From an uncultured bacterium (GTDB lineage Bacteria; Patescibacteriota; Minisyncoccia; Phycocordibacterales; PALSA-1337), in contig OY969557.1 in NCBI GenBank assembly GCA_963701025.1, forward strand, positions 368,622 through 432,621: a DNA stretch of 64,000 nucleotides, written 5' to 3'. The translations under genes were made by a program, and so were the position numbers. The notes under the pieces are model-generated. The model did no database searches. It had not been told where the DNA came from and saw only the letters and a list, made by a program, of their open reading frames with translations. Below, one piece after another: positions 1-9,012 of the stretch; the first letter of the stretch is position 1; every line of letters begins with the position of its first letter.

Positions 1-893
1 CGGCGGCGGCGTGTCTCATCTTGAAGGCGTACGCTCGAGCGCGATACATGCCTGGACTATATTTCCTGGTTTTCGCCGTCGTCATCTCATTACCGACTGT
101 CGTCATCAACAGCTCCTTGTGGGGACAGAGCGATTCACTATATGCTTCTTTCGCGCTCCTAAGCCTCTACTTCGCCATGAGCGACCAGCCACTGCTCTCC
201 GCTCTGTCGTTAGGAGCGGCCTTCAGTCTCAAGCTCCAATGCCTCTTCATCGCGCCAGTCATCGTCGGATACTTCTTCTCCACGAGAAAAGGCCGGTGGT
301 GGTACCTTATCATCGTACCGGCCTTCTATGTCGCCACGCTCATACCAGCCGTCGTCGCGAGCGGATCATTCCCCGACCTGCTACTAACCTATGCCGGACA
401 AGCCGGCGAGTTCCAGCAACTGACTTTGTCGGCTCCGTCTATATTCTCGTTCGTAGACGCAAACAGTCTTTCCGCCTCCGCTTCCAGCGCTCTTGCATTT
501 GTAGGCTACATACTCGCCACCGCCGCGGCTATCTTCGTCTTTATTCAGACAATGAAGAATTACCAAAGCGATCATCAAAAGCTCCTGCTCTTGGCCCTGT
601 TCTCCGTCCTGGCCATTCCTTTTTTTCTGCCGCATATGCATGAGAGATACTTCTATATGGCCGATATCCTGTCGGTGATATTCGCTTTCTCGGAGCCCCG
701 CTACTGGTTCATACCTGTACTCACTGTCACGGCCTCTTTCCTCTCATACATGCCTTTCCTATCGGGACAAGTGCCCCTCTTCGCCCGGATGGTCGTGCCG
801 GAGGCATATCCGGGGGCGCTTATCCTCGCGGCGACCGCCGTCGTCGCAACCGTCATATGGAGAACGACGCGAATAAAAACGGAAAGAGCCTGA
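1..893 (+). CDS. Polytopic membrane protein, PMT_2/ArnT/GT87-like glycosyltransferase family; 5' end lies outside the window
   Basis: The ORF is open from the window edge (a TTG-initiated ORF is called at 21). It has multiple hydrophobic helices and an HERYFYMAD-type motif typical of membrane mannosyl/arabinosyltransferase-like proteins. Confidence 0.55.
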   Translation, partial: AAACLILKAYARARYMPGLYFLVFAVVISLPTVVINSSLWGQSDSLYASFALLSLYFAMSDQPLLSALSLGAAFSLKLQCLFIAPVIVGYFFSTRKGRWWYLIIVPAFYVATLIPAVVASGSFPDLLLTYAGQAGEFQQLTLSAPSIFSFVDANSLSASASSALAFVGYILATAAAIFVFIQTMKNYQSDHQKLLLLALFSVLAIPFFLPHMHERYFYMADILSVIFAFSEPRYWFIPVLTVTASFLSYMPFLSGQVPLFARMVVPEAYPGALILAATAVVATVIWRTTRIKTERA

Positions 894-1378
894 ACCCGCT
901 CACGGTTCAGGCATACTTGAAGGGGGCAACGTACCCTTCCTCCTTGACGAGGCTGATCGGCATCGCCGTGTCCAATCGCGCGACGCGCGCCATCATCGGC
1001 GCCCTCGCGAGCGCGCGCGATAGGATATACCGCACACCCGCCGATCTCACCAAGGAGATCAGTAGGCGTATGCATCCCGGGTAGCCGTTGCACTTCAGGG
1101 TGGGATTCAAGATATTCTGTTGACAGAATAGGATAATCTTGTCTAACGATATTTCGGGCGGATGCGTTCCGTCTATGCGCGCGGGAGAATTGAGCCGTGT
1201 TTTTGTCATGGCATTTTTTGACCACAAATGATCTGAAAAAACCCTTGCCATGAAGGCGGCGTTTGATACAATTTTCGCCGATGCCGGTCAGTCTTATCCG
1301 TGCACTGTGTACGGATAACTGGTCGGTTTTATATTATCAGCCAAACATGCGAAAAATAATCTTGCATAAAAAATAATA

Positions 1379-3223
1379 ATGAATCCTCATAGGTTAGCTC
1401 TAGTATCAACGCTCTACGCAATACCGATTATCATCACCGCGCTATGGATCGCCACCCCTGGACGGGCATACGCATCGTCCGACATCTCGATCTGGTGGCC
1501 GACCGACGGCGCTCACATTTCATCCGTCCAGCCTTTCAAGGCGCTCGTCGACGGCATGGCACTCTCTGACTATTCCATGTACTGGCAGGTGGACAACGGC
1601 CAGCTCAATCAGATGAGCGACAACGCGACCGACGCTCCGCACAAAGAAGCGTCCGTCGACGTCTCCGGATGGCACTGGAGCGGTAGCGGTGCATATCAGG
1701 TGAGCTTCGTCGCCAAGGACTCCGGCGGCAATACCATAGCCCAAAAACAGGAGACTATATATGTAGATCAGCCTGCGGCGAATATTCCGACCCCCTCAAG
1801 TGCACCTGCTCCGGTTGCCCCAGCACCGACGAGCATACCCGCACCGACAAACGTGCCCATCAATGCATCCGCGTCGATCTGGTGGCCGACCGACGGCGCT
1901 CACATTTCATCCGTCCAGCCTTTCAAGGCGCTCGTCGACGGCATGGCACTCTCTGACTATTCCATGTACTGGCAGGTGGACAACGGCCAGCTCAATCAGA
2001 TGAGCGACAACGCGACCGACGCTCCGCACAAAGAAGCGTCCGTCGACGTCTCCGGATGGTCATGGCATGGCGCCGGTCCGTACGCCGTCAACTTCGTGGC
2101 GAAGGACAAGAACAGCTCCGTCATCGCCTCTAAAGGCGTGAACATATACGTCGACCAGCCAGCGGCGAGCGCTCCGGTGACGGCGCCACCTGCTCAAATT
2201 TCCGCCGATCCTATTCAAGTCCAGGCCGCAACCGCACCGATCGCGCCCGTACCGACAAGCGCGCCTGTACCGACAAGCGTCCCTATCACGATCGCGACTC
2301 CCCCATCGACGGTTCCTTCCCAACCCGCAACGGCCATTTCCGGCGAGGGCGACTCGCTCTCCGGCCTCTCTTTCTACGTCGATCCGACAAGTGAAGCGGC
2401 AATCCAGGCGACAGCTTGGAGCGTCTCCGATCCGGCGGGCGCGAGCGAGATGGAAAAGATCGCCATTGAGCCAGTGGCGAAATGGTTCGGCGACTGGAAC
2501 ATCGACGTGCGCTCTGACGCGGAGAATTATGTAGACGCGGCCGTGTCGGCCGGCGAGACGCCTATTCTCATCGCCTATGACATACCCGAACGTGATTGCA
2601 ACGGATACTCCGGCGGAGGCGCTTCGAGTCCGTCCGCGTATACAGCCTGGATACAAGGCCTAGCTTCTGGTATCGGTAGCCGACGTGCGGTCGTCATTCT
2701 GGAGCCAGACGCTTTGGCTATGATGGATTGTCTGTCGCCGATCGATCAAAGCACGAGACTCGGCCTTCTTAGCTCCGCGGTCGCCACGCTCAAAGCCAAC
2801 GGCAAAAATACCGTCTATATAGACGCCGGCCACTCGGACTGGATAGGAGCTTCGGATATGGCCGCGCGCCTCTCCGCCGCCGGCGTCGCTGGAGCGGATG
2901 GATTCTCCTTGAACGTCTCCAATTTCTACACGACGGCGGACCAGATCGCCTACGGGACAGCGTTGTCGTCTCTCATCGGAGATAAGCACTTCGTCGTGGA
3001 CACTGGCAGGAACGGTCTCGGGCCGGACGGCGATCTCTGGTGTAACCCTCCAGGACGCGCCCTCGGGACCAGGCCGACGACGAATACCGGCAATCCGCTT
3101 GCTGACGCCTTTCTCTGGCTGAAGACGCCGGGCGAGTCCGACGGAGCCTGCAACGGCGGCCCGAACGCGGGCGTCTGGTGGCCGGATTACGCGCTCGGTC
3201 TCGCGGAACGGGCAGCTTACTAG
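1379..3223 (+). CDS. Secreted glycoside hydrolase family 6 (cellulase/endoglucanase). It has an N-terminal signal/TM, two tandem ~100-aa Ig/CBM-like repeats, a Pro/Thr linker and a C-terminal GH6 catalytic domain.
   Basis: The catalytic domain has the GH6 signature segments YDIPERDCN, VILEPDALA, DAGHSDW and FLWLKTPGESDG, which are collinear with Thermobifida Cel6A-type enzymes. Confidence 0.85.
   Translation: MNPHRLALVSTLYAIPIIITALWIATPGRAYASSDISIWWPTDGAHISSVQPFKALVDGMALSDYSMYWQVDNGQLNQMSDNATDAPHKEASVDVSGWHWSGSGAYQVSFVAKDSGGNTIAQKQETIYVDQPAANIPTPSSAPAPVAPAPTSIPAPTNVPINASASIWWPTDGAHISSVQPFKALVDGMALSDYSMYWQVDNGQLNQMSDNATDAPHKEASVDVSGWSWHGAGPYAVNFVAKDKNSSVIASKGVNIYVDQPAASAPVTAPPAQISADPIQVQAATAPIAPVPTSAPVPTSVPITIATPPSTVPSQPATAISGEGDSLSGLSFYVDPTSEAAIQATAWSVSDPAGASEMEKIAIEPVAKWFGDWNIDVRSDAENYVDAAVSAGETPILIAYDIPERDCNGYSGGGASSPSAYTAWIQGLASGIGSRRAVVILEPDALAMMDCLSPIDQSTRLGLLSSAVATLKANGKNTVYIDAGHSDWIGASDMAARLSAAGVAGADGFSLNVSNFYTTADQIAYGTALSSLIGDKHFVVDTGRNGLGPDGDLWCNPPGRALGTRPTTNTGNPLADAFLWLKTPGESDGACNGGPNAGVWWPDYALGLAERAAY
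1487..2059 (+). repeat. Intragenic tandem duplication: two 186-nt blocks (1487-1672 and 1874-2059) that are 100% identical, spaced 387 nt apart, inside the GH6 gene
   Basis: Direct sequence comparison. The flanking parts of the two protein repeats are diverged, so the identical core suggests recent gene conversion or a duplication/assembly collapse. Confidence 0.9.
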
Positions 3224-4812
3224 GTCCCGATATGCTGTAGCGCTTCGGACAAAGACATCGAATCATACCGGAGCTTGTACCCATATAGGTCCAGGCCAGG
3301 AGAGAAATGTTCCTCGTCGATCCGCTCGAAATGCGTGTCGAAATAGAGGCGCACGCTCTCTTCATATCCCTGATCGTATGACAGGAGCAACCATAGGGTC
3401 TGATGCGCGTCCTCGATAGTCGCCGCATCTTGGGCTAGTTCCGTCGGAGAATATTGCGGTATCGGTCCGACGGCATACCGGTCCCAGATCGGCAGAGTCT
3501 CCACCCGGACCGGCCCATTATAATAATACTCGAACGGATATATGGTGAATGGCGCCGAGAGGGCGATCACGTCCTCGGGCGTGGCATGCGCGGAAAGATA
3601 GAGCGCGGCGGCGCGATAGTCCTCCTTGACCGGCGTATCCGCGCTCACCGCTTCGAAGGAAAGAGTCGAGATCATGGCGATCGTCAGGAAGACCTTCAGG
3701 TACCGCTCAAGCCGCGGCGGATAGGTCGACAGCACCCAGCCGATGAGGAGATAGAGAGGTGGCAGTGAGAGCACCAGATAGCGCGTCAGATAGACGGGTT
3801 TCCAGGCGTAGCTCACCGCGAATGCCAGGATGACCGGCACGGCCACGCTCAAGAACAGATATATCGTCTGGGGCGGCACGCTTCTGCCCCTCCGGAGCGA
3901 CAGGAAGATGAGGAGGACGGCGAGTGGCCATGCCGACAGGATGATGGCGTTCGCGCGGTCGCCCTGGAAGCCGAAGATGAATTGCGAGAATGTGTTGAAC
4001 ACGTCTATGGTCGAAGGGCGCGTCAACGCCGGCTGGGTGTTCGCGGCCGACCCGAGGTGCACCACCAGGTACAGCCAGGGCGCGAAGGCCGCGGCGACCA
4101 CGAGGGCGGCGAGCGCGAGATTCCTGAAGGCACGCGGCGGGAAGCTCTTCCGATAGGCTAAGAAGAATCCGACCTGGGCCGCCAGATTGAAGGCGAAGAA
4201 ATAATGAGTGAACATGCCCGCGACCGCCGTGACGGCATAGCCGATCCAGACGGAGCGCGGGACGGCGCCTTTTTCGTTCCGGCTGTCGGTGAACATCCGC
4301 ACGAAGAAATATTGGTTCAGCACGGTGAATAGGGCAAAGAGGGTATACATGCGCACCTCATTGCCGTACCAGTTCAAGAAAGGAGATACGGCCACCATGA
4401 GCGCCCCGAACAGGCCGATTGTCCGGGAAAAAGCCTGCTTGCCGAGCGCGTACGTAGCCGGGATGAGAAGAGCGAGGAAGATGAGCGACGGAATCCTCTC
4501 GGTCGGCACGGCGTTGCCGAAGAGGACCTGCCAATAATGGAGCATGAGATGGTAGAGCGGGACATGGACATCCTCCGCGACGACGTTGAACATCGCCGGG
4601 ACGCTCCGGCTGGTCTGCCAGATGCTTTGGGCTTCGTCGAGACGCAGGCTCTGATTCATGAAGAAGAGGGCGGAGAAGAGCAGAGTGAGGGCGGCGAACA
4701 GCACCAATAGCCATCGGGTCCCCGCAGGCGAATAGCCGCGGCCGCCGTCGGGGCCGCTCGATCCCCCATCATCATTCTCCATCTCATTCGTTGTATATAT
4801 GTCAGTGCTCAT
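3220..4812 (-). CDS. Glycosyltransferase family 39/83-like (ArnT/PMT_2 family) polytopic membrane protein
   Basis: About 12 predicted TM helices and an N-terminal GT-C-type loop with a DEAQ-like motif (LRLDEAQ). It is co-directional and adjacent to the GT2 synthase. Confidence 0.7.
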   Translation of the reverse strand: MSTDIYTTNEMENDDGGSSGPDGGRGYSPAGTRWLLVLFAALTLLFSALFFMNQSLRLDEAQSIWQTSRSVPAMFNVVAEDVHVPLYHLMLHYWQVLFGNAVPTERIPSLIFLALLIPATYALGKQAFSRTIGLFGALMVAVSPFLNWYGNEVRMYTLFALFTVLNQYFFVRMFTDSRNEKGAVPRSVWIGYAVTAVAGMFTHYFFAFNLAAQVGFFLAYRKSFPPRAFRNLALAALVVAAAFAPWLYLVVHLGSAANTQPALTRPSTIDVFNTFSQFIFGFQGDRANAIILSAWPLAVLLIFLSLRRGRSVPPQTIYLFLSVAVPVILAFAVSYAWKPVYLTRYLVLSLPPLYLLIGWVLSTYPPRLERYLKVFLTIAMISTLSFEAVSADTPVKEDYRAAALYLSAHATPEDVIALSAPFTIYPFEYYYNGPVRVETLPIWDRYAVGPIPQYSPTELAQDAATIEDAHQTLWLLLSYDQGYEESVRLYFDTHFERIDEEHFSPGLDLYGYKLRYDSMSLSEALQHIGT

Positions 4813-4820
4813 ATCTCATA

Positions 4821-6398
4821 TCATTCGATGGAGGCTTCGCTCCAGGTATCGGGCACCGTCATGACCTTGAGCTTGACTTCCCTCTTTGCCGGCAAGCCGC
4901 TCGGCAGGGCCGCGCCGACGTATTCGCTGAAGACAGTGGTGTTCAGGATGACCCAGGCGAAATTGGAGACGAGCGAAGCGGTCGCACCCGTATGGCTGAT
5001 CATGAAGAACGCGCCGGTATACGCCAGAAAGAGGTACGCGATCTGCGGCACGACCAAGCTGACGAAACTGCCGGCGACCCGCCGTTTGGACGTCACCGAG
5101 AAGCCGTTCTTCCTGCGGAAGATCGCCGCTATGATGGCCGATATATGTATATTGAATCCGGCCATGGAGAATGCCAGCGACCTGAACGAGTATGAGAAGT
5201 TCGTCGATGCCTGAAGGACGTATATGGTCGTCAGGATATACGGCAGGAAGATGGCGGCCAAGAGCATCGTCGAAATGTTGAGCGGCACCAGGCCCGTGTA
5301 GAAGAACACGACGGGTATCATGGCGTCTATGAGGACCACCACGCCGGAAAAGAAATACCCGATCGCGGAGAGATATTGCACGCGCTGGCCCAAAGAGAGG
5401 CCGCGCTTGAACAAGAAGTTATATTGGAACAGCACGTCCAACGACCCGCGCGCCCACCTGAACTGTTGCTTGTAGTAGGACAGAAAATCCTCCGGCGCCA
5501 GCCCTTCCGCCAGCACTTCCGGGACATAGCACGACTTCCAGCCGCGCTGGTGCAGGAACATGCCGGTGACGAAATCCTCGGCGATGCTCTCCGTGCAGAT
5601 GTTGCCGACTTCGCGAAGAGCCTCCCTGCGGATGACCATGTTCGTGCCGCACATCGTCGTGGCGTTCAGCCTGTTCCTGCCTTTGCATATGGCGCCGAAG
5701 AAGAGCGCCTGCTGCTCCCACGATCCCGCGGCGACGCCGTTCACCGCATGGTTCCGGTAGTATTGCGGCGACTGCACGAATCCCATCCGCGGATCGGCGA
5801 AATAGCCCGCGGTCTTCTTCAGGAAATCCCGGTGCGGCACATGGTCGGCGTCGAAGACCGCCACGAGCGGGCTCGCCGTCTCGGCGAGAGCGTTATTGAT
5901 GTTACCGGCTTTGGCGCCGCCGCCGGACTGCCTCGTGATGCAGCCGATATGGAGCTTCGCGGCGACCATCTCGATGTCCATCCAGTTGCCCTTATTCGCC
6001 ACATACCCGTCATTCAGAAGGTAGACCTTGAAATCAGGATATTCCATGGCGATGGCCGCTCGGGCTGTCTCCTCGACGATATCGGCCGGCTCGCCGCAGA
6101 CCGTGATGAAGACGTCGACACTCGGAGTGCAAGCGGCGTCGAACGGAGGCATATAGTCCATGTCCCAGACGGTGTACAAAAACGTGAACAACTGCCAGAC
6201 ATGGAAGACTTCCCCCGCGATCAGTATCCAAAAGAGCGCCACATCGCCACGCGGGAAGAGGAAGAGAATGCCCACGAAATAGACCGCAGCGAGGACCGCG
6301 TTGAAGCAGACGAGCGGTTTGGAGACTCTGCCTTGCAGGAAGTCCTCGCGCGCGTCAGGCATCTTCTCTATTTCGATTTTTTCCGTGTCGAACGTCAT
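4821..6398 (-). CDS. Processive family-2 glycosyltransferase, cellulose synthase (BcsA)-like. No obvious PilZ domain.
   Basis: D,D,D and QxxRW (QQFRWARG) motifs with flanking TM helices. The track ORF start at 6713 overlaps GH8 in another frame, so a start at ATG 6398 (MTFDTEK) is preferred. Confidence 0.8.
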   Translation of the reverse strand: MTFDTEKIEIEKMPDAREDFLQGRVSKPLVCFNAVLAAVYFVGILFLFPRGDVALFWILIAGEVFHVWQLFTFLYTVWDMDYMPPFDAACTPSVDVFITVCGEPADIVEETARAAIAMEYPDFKVYLLNDGYVANKGNWMDIEMVAAKLHIGCITRQSGGGAKAGNINNALAETASPLVAVFDADHVPHRDFLKKTAGYFADPRMGFVQSPQYYRNHAVNGVAAGSWEQQALFFGAICKGRNRLNATTMCGTNMVIRREALREVGNICTESIAEDFVTGMFLHQRGWKSCYVPEVLAEGLAPEDFLSYYKQQFRWARGSLDVLFQYNFLFKRGLSLGQRVQYLSAIGYFFSGVVVLIDAMIPVVFFYTGLVPLNISTMLLAAIFLPYILTTIYVLQASTNFSYSFRSLAFSMAGFNIHISAIIAAIFRRKNGFSVTSKRRVAGSFVSLVVPQIAYLFLAYTGAFFMISHTGATASLVSNFAWVILNTTVFSEYVGAALPSGLPAKREVKLKVMTVPDTWSEASIE

Positions 6399-6456
6399 AG
6401 ATAATATAAGATGATTCCAAATCCATCCTTTATTTTTAATCGAGGATCCAAAACTT

Positions 6457-7713
6457 TCAGGAATTTTCTTCGACGACTGGGTCCCAAAGGTCTGGTAGCT
6501 CGCCGTCATAAAGCGCCATGCCGAACCATACCCAATTGTCGTCGTAATAGCCGAGCGGGTTTTTCCATGAATACGAGTCCGGGTCATACAGCGCGACGAG
6601 CTTGGTGTCGTATATCTCTTTTGCCGCGGCCGGATCCATGGCCATGAACGCGCCGATCGTCCCGCCGTACATGGCTGATGACTCGACAAGAGGGGCCTGT
6701 GGCACGCCGTCATGCTGATAATCGGCGTAGAGGACCCTCCGCGTCTGCCACTGCGTCTCGAGGAATGACATCGAGCTCAAGATGTCAAGCGCCCGCGGGT
6801 CCTTGTTCCATTGCCAATCCAAGGCGATCCTCCATGGCACGCGCAAGGCATCATAACCAAAATCTGTCTTCAACCCCCCGGCATCGGCTCTCGTCCGCGA
6901 CGGGGGCATGAGCGACGTACCCGTCCGGCTTTCCGACAGCCAGTCGGGCGGTAGGCCATCGCTCTTCGGCTGGTCGAGTTCCGCCTGCATGCTCCGTTTC
7001 AACACCGCGTAGCTGTCGTCGACTAGCCCATTCCAATCATGCTTGGGGTCGATCGTAGCGAACATGCGGTATGCATACGGGGCGAAGTAGGATGGGTCGA
7101 CGGTAACGAACTGGGGTGAATCCTTCTCGATGTCGTCCGAGGTAATATACGGCTTGCCGCCGACCATGACGACTTCGCTGTCCCAAATCGCTATGGCGAC
7201 GTTCTGCGCCGCCTGAAGATATGAGACGTCCCTCCATCTTGCGTAGGCGAACATGAGCGCCGTCGCTATATCAGTGTCGGCGTCGCTCGCCGAGTTCTGT
7301 CCGTTCACTGCGGTGAGGATGCCGTACGTCCCGTCCGCTCGCTTTCCGAATAGCCATGAGAACAAATAACCGTTCTTAAACTTTAGGTTGTCCTCCGTCC
7401 ATTTCCAGCTGGCATCGAAGGTCGTATGGTCGTCGAGCCACACCGCCCGTAACATGGTATAGCCTTCACCTTCCGACGTCGTCACGCCGCCGCGCTGGAC
7501 GTCCATGGTGCGGCTCGTCCCCTGCTCGAGATACGCCGCCTTGTACCTCTGCCAGAGCGCGTCTAGCATCTCTTTGTTTGAAAAGACGAGCGGAGTCTTG
7601 GTGCTTTCAATGTCCCGATATGCGGCGACTGCCGCTATCAATACGACGACGGCACAGATCACATACCCTATTATCTTGATATTCATGGATGGATATTGAC
7701 ACGCGCGCACCAT
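6457..7713 (-). CDS. Glycoside hydrolase family 8 endoglucanase (BcsZ-like), N-terminal membrane anchor
   Basis: TSEGEGYTM and DADTDIA motifs match GH8 catalytic signatures. It lies upstream in the same operon as the BcsA-like GT2. Confidence 0.75.
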   Translation of the reverse strand: MVRACQYPSMNIKIIGYVICAVVVLIAAVAAYRDIESTKTPLVFSNKEMLDALWQRYKAAYLEQGTSRTMDVQRGGVTTSEGEGYTMLRAVWLDDHTTFDASWKWTEDNLKFKNGYLFSWLFGKRADGTYGILTAVNGQNSASDADTDIATALMFAYARWRDVSYLQAAQNVAIAIWDSEVVMVGGKPYITSDDIEKDSPQFVTVDPSYFAPYAYRMFATIDPKHDWNGLVDDSYAVLKRSMQAELDQPKSDGLPPDWLSESRTGTSLMPPSRTRADAGGLKTDFGYDALRVPWRIALDWQWNKDPRALDILSSMSFLETQWQTRRVLYADYQHDGVPQAPLVESSAMYGGTIGAFMAMDPAAAKEIYDTKLVALYDPDSYSWKNPLGYYDDNWVWFGMALYDGELPDLWDPVVEENS

Positions 7714-7816
7714 CGCCGACCTTGCTTTTGACGACGCGGCTTACTTTTTCTTACACAGATTTAACATGATTTTAATATATGTGTAAGAAATCCTGACGCA
7801 CGGCGTCACAAAGGCT

Positions 7817-8965
7817 ATGCGCATATCGCTTTTTTTTCCCGCATACAACGAAGAACGTAACATCGCACTGGCTATCGCGCAGGCGAAGGCCGTCTTGAAC
7901 GCTATCGCCGAAGAATATGAGATCATAGTCGTCGATGACGGTAGCACCGACAGGACAGGCGACATCGTCGACCGTCTTTCCGTCTTCGACGAGAAGGTGA
8001 GGGTCGTGCGTCACTGTCTGAACAGGGGCTATGGGGCAGCGGTGCTCTCCGGCATCAGGGCGGCGCGTTATGAATGGGTGTTCTTCACCGATGCCGATCT
8101 ACAATTCAGGCTCGAAGAGATTCCCCGCCTGATCGCCTATGCGCCAGAGTATCCTGTCGTCATCGGCTACCGGGCGCCTCGGCGCGATCCGCTGATGCGT
8201 CTCATCAACGCTAAGGGATGGAACATACTGAACCGGGTCATGTTCGGTCTCAAGGCGCGTGACATCGACTGCGCTTTCAAGCTTTTCCGGCGAAACTTGG
8301 TTTCCAACCTCCCCATGCGGTCAGGCGGAGCAACCGTCTCCGCCGAGATGCTGATCCGCCTACAGAGGAACAACGTCCCGATCAAAGAGGTTCCTGTGAC
8401 TCATCTGCCTCGTAAGAACGGTATCGCCACGGGAGCGAAATTACCCGTGATCGTCCGCGCTTTCAGAGAGCTCTTCGGGTTGTATATAAGCGGCCTCGGG
8501 GGTCGGGACACGGTCTATGTGCAAGCCGGCAAATACGCCGCCGTGGGGATTCTCAATACCTTCGTCGATATTGGATCATATATAGCCCTGACAAGGTCTA
8601 TGCCGTTCTTCGGTATGCACATCCTCGTCTCGAAATTCGCTACCTTCTTTGTAGGAGCTACGGCAAGCTTCGCCCTAAACCGGCGCTTCACCTTCTCCCT
8701 GCGATCGCGGCCGACCGTATCTGAAACCGTAAGATTCTATTCCAGCACGATTGTTCCTGTGACTATCAACGTGGCTTCGCTGTATGTGTTCAATATCCTT
8801 CTCGGCATATATGATCTTATAGCCGTCGGTATGTCGACTGTGATGACTTTTGCTGTAGGTTTCATCCTATCGAAATTCTGGATCTTCAAAGACAGCTTGG
8901 CCGAAGAAAGCGAGCGGCAACGGCTGTCAGCGCGTACCGCTGCTACCATATCAAATACGCCGTAA
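7817..8965 (+). CDS. GT2 glycosyltransferase (dolichyl/polyprenyl-phosphate sugar synthase-like) fused to a C-terminal GtrA-like membrane domain
   Basis: The N-terminal GT-A fold shows FPAYNEE...VVDDGSTD...TDADLQ motifs. The C-terminus has four TM helices typical of GtrA. Confidence 0.8.
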   Translation: MRISLFFPAYNEERNIALAIAQAKAVLNAIAEEYEIIVVDDGSTDRTGDIVDRLSVFDEKVRVVRHCLNRGYGAAVLSGIRAARYEWVFFTDADLQFRLEEIPRLIAYAPEYPVVIGYRAPRRDPLMRLINAKGWNILNRVMFGLKARDIDCAFKLFRRNLVSNLPMRSGGATVSAEMLIRLQRNNVPIKEVPVTHLPRKNGIATGAKLPVIVRAFRELFGLYISGLGGRDTVYVQAGKYAAVGILNTFVDIGSYIALTRSMPFFGMHILVSKFATFFVGATASFALNRRFTFSLRSRPTVSETVRFYSSTIVPVTINVASLYVFNILLGIYDLIAVGMSTVMTFAVGFILSKFWIFKDSLAEESERQRLSARTAATISNTP

Positions 8966-9012
8966 CCGTCGGCCTGACAAGACATCATAGACGCCTCATT
9001 CGTCGTGAAGCC

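Noticed and set aside
5376-6404. 342-aa plus-strand ORF opposite the GT2 synthase
   Set aside because: Arg/Ala/Gly-rich antisense translation of a high-GC gene with no motifs. It overlaps a well-supported CDS along its whole length.
6399-6713. N-terminal 105 codons of the track ORF 4821..6713 (cellulose-synthase-like gene)
   Set aside because: This stretch is the antisense or other-frame translation of the GH8 gene's 3' end, with Ser/Thr/Arg-rich composition. The synthase more plausibly starts at ATG 6398 (MTFDTEK).
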